A stretch of DNA of 63,917 bases, filler included, from Octopus bimaculoides (lineage: Eukaryota): NCBI RefSeq assembly GCF_001194135.2. It is 10 parts of 10 records of this genome, joined end to end, with 100 filler letters (N's around TTAATTAATTAA, not from the genome) between each part and the next. Parts side by side here need not be neighbours in the genome. Positions count along the whole stretch, not along the records: positions 62,261 to 63,917 come from NW_026305937.1; 9 more parts are not named here. One strand, written 5' to 3'. Both the position numbers and the translations under genes were made by a program. Below, in pieces: positions 62,977 to 63,917 of the stretch (within the stretch, counting starts at the first letter, position 1; the number at the start of each line of letters is the position of its first letter). The notes under the pieces were generated by a model. That model was not told the DNA's origin. It did not search any database and worked only from the letters and a program-made list of their open reading frames with translations.

Positions 62977-63917
62977 AAGTGTGAGAATGTGCGGATGTGT
63001 GTGTTTATGTATGTGCCTATGTACAAAATGTAAAAATACCTATGGTGTGTGTATGTGTGTGTGCGTGCGTGCGTATACATGTGTGCATATGTGGTTTGTG
63101 TGAATGTATGTGTGCATGTGTATGTGTGAGTGCATAAAAGCATGGTATGGTGTGTGTGTTTGTTTGCGTGTGTATGTGCGTGTGTATGCGTGAGTGTGAA
63201 AATGTGCGAATGTGTGTTTTTATATATGTGCTTATGTACAAAATGTATAACTATATTGTGTGAGTGTGCTGGCGTGTGTATGTGTGTGTGTGTGTGCGTA
63301 TTCATGTGTGCATGTGTGGTCTGTGTGCGTGTGCATGTGTGGTCTGTGTGCGTGTGCATGTGTGTGAATGCATAAATATGTGTACGATGTGTGTGTGTGT
63401 GTGTGTGTATGCGTGAATGTATGGATATATGTGTATGCATGTGTATGTGTATGCGCATTTGTGTTTGTGTGCTTGTGCGTATCTGCATGCTGCATCGAGA
63501 GACAGACAGACAGACAGAACGACTGAGAGAAGAAAAAAAATGATGTGTAAATATGTGTGTGTGTGTGTGTGTGTATGCTTAATGCATTTGTTCATGTATA
63601 TGTCTGTATGCGTGATTTCTCTGTTTGTAGGCGGTGACTTGTACGCATATGTGAGATCAAATACGTGTGCATTGGAAAGAGATATACGTACGCGTGCATG
63701 CAAACATGCATGAATGCATGCACGTGTGCGTGTGCATGAATGTATGTGTATGCATATGGTGAGCATGTCTCCTCCGTCTTGTGTATGCAGCTGTGTGTGT
63801 GTGTATCTGTGTGTGTATCTGTGTATGAATTGCATGTTGCGCGTTAGTGTGTGTGTGTGTGTGTGAGTGTATATGCATGTATCTGTATTGATTTTGTGTA
63901 TGCATGTGTGTGCATAG
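62480..63917. repeat. Low-complexity mosaic: (AAAAAG)n, (GATA)n, (GATT)n, then degenerate (GT/AT/GC)n
   Basis: Direct sequence; explains the His/Thr and Cys/Val ORFs. Confidence 0.9.

Overview
This is eukaryotic, microsatellite-saturated, gap-rich draft genomic DNA. I infer an octopod cephalopod (Octopus-like) from the tRNA-SINE families, the RTE/R4/Penelope/mariner mix and the AT/GT microsatellite load; this was not checked by search. The window is not one contiguous locus: nine identical 100-bp spacers (44 N + TTAATTAATTAA + 44 N) join ten small scaffolds, so relationships across a spacer cannot be trusted. Almost every ORF in the supplied track is a translation of microsatellite DNA or Ns. 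Supported content: about 30 copies or fragments of four dispersed SINE-like families (my labels A-D); two full-length decayed Tc1/mariner elements with TIRs and TA TSDs (DD37D maT at 12242-13531, DD34D mariner at 51582-52847) plus fragments; RTE, R4-like (RLE), Penelope and Gypsy relics; a 613-bp foldback element with an 8-bp TSD and internal (TTAGGG)n; and a CpG-rich ACGA/ACGT satellite. There is one convincing host-gene piece, a 72-nt phase 2-2 leucine-rich-repeat exon at 53001-53072, plus a few weak exon candidates. I found no intact novel multi-gene system. The most unusual signals are local: a tRNA-Trp match extending well past a normal PBS next to a hairpin, an RTE inserted into an older RTE at nearly the homologous position, a near-perfect 97-bp hairpin, tail-to-tail SINE pairs, and a hairpin module shared by two SINE families.
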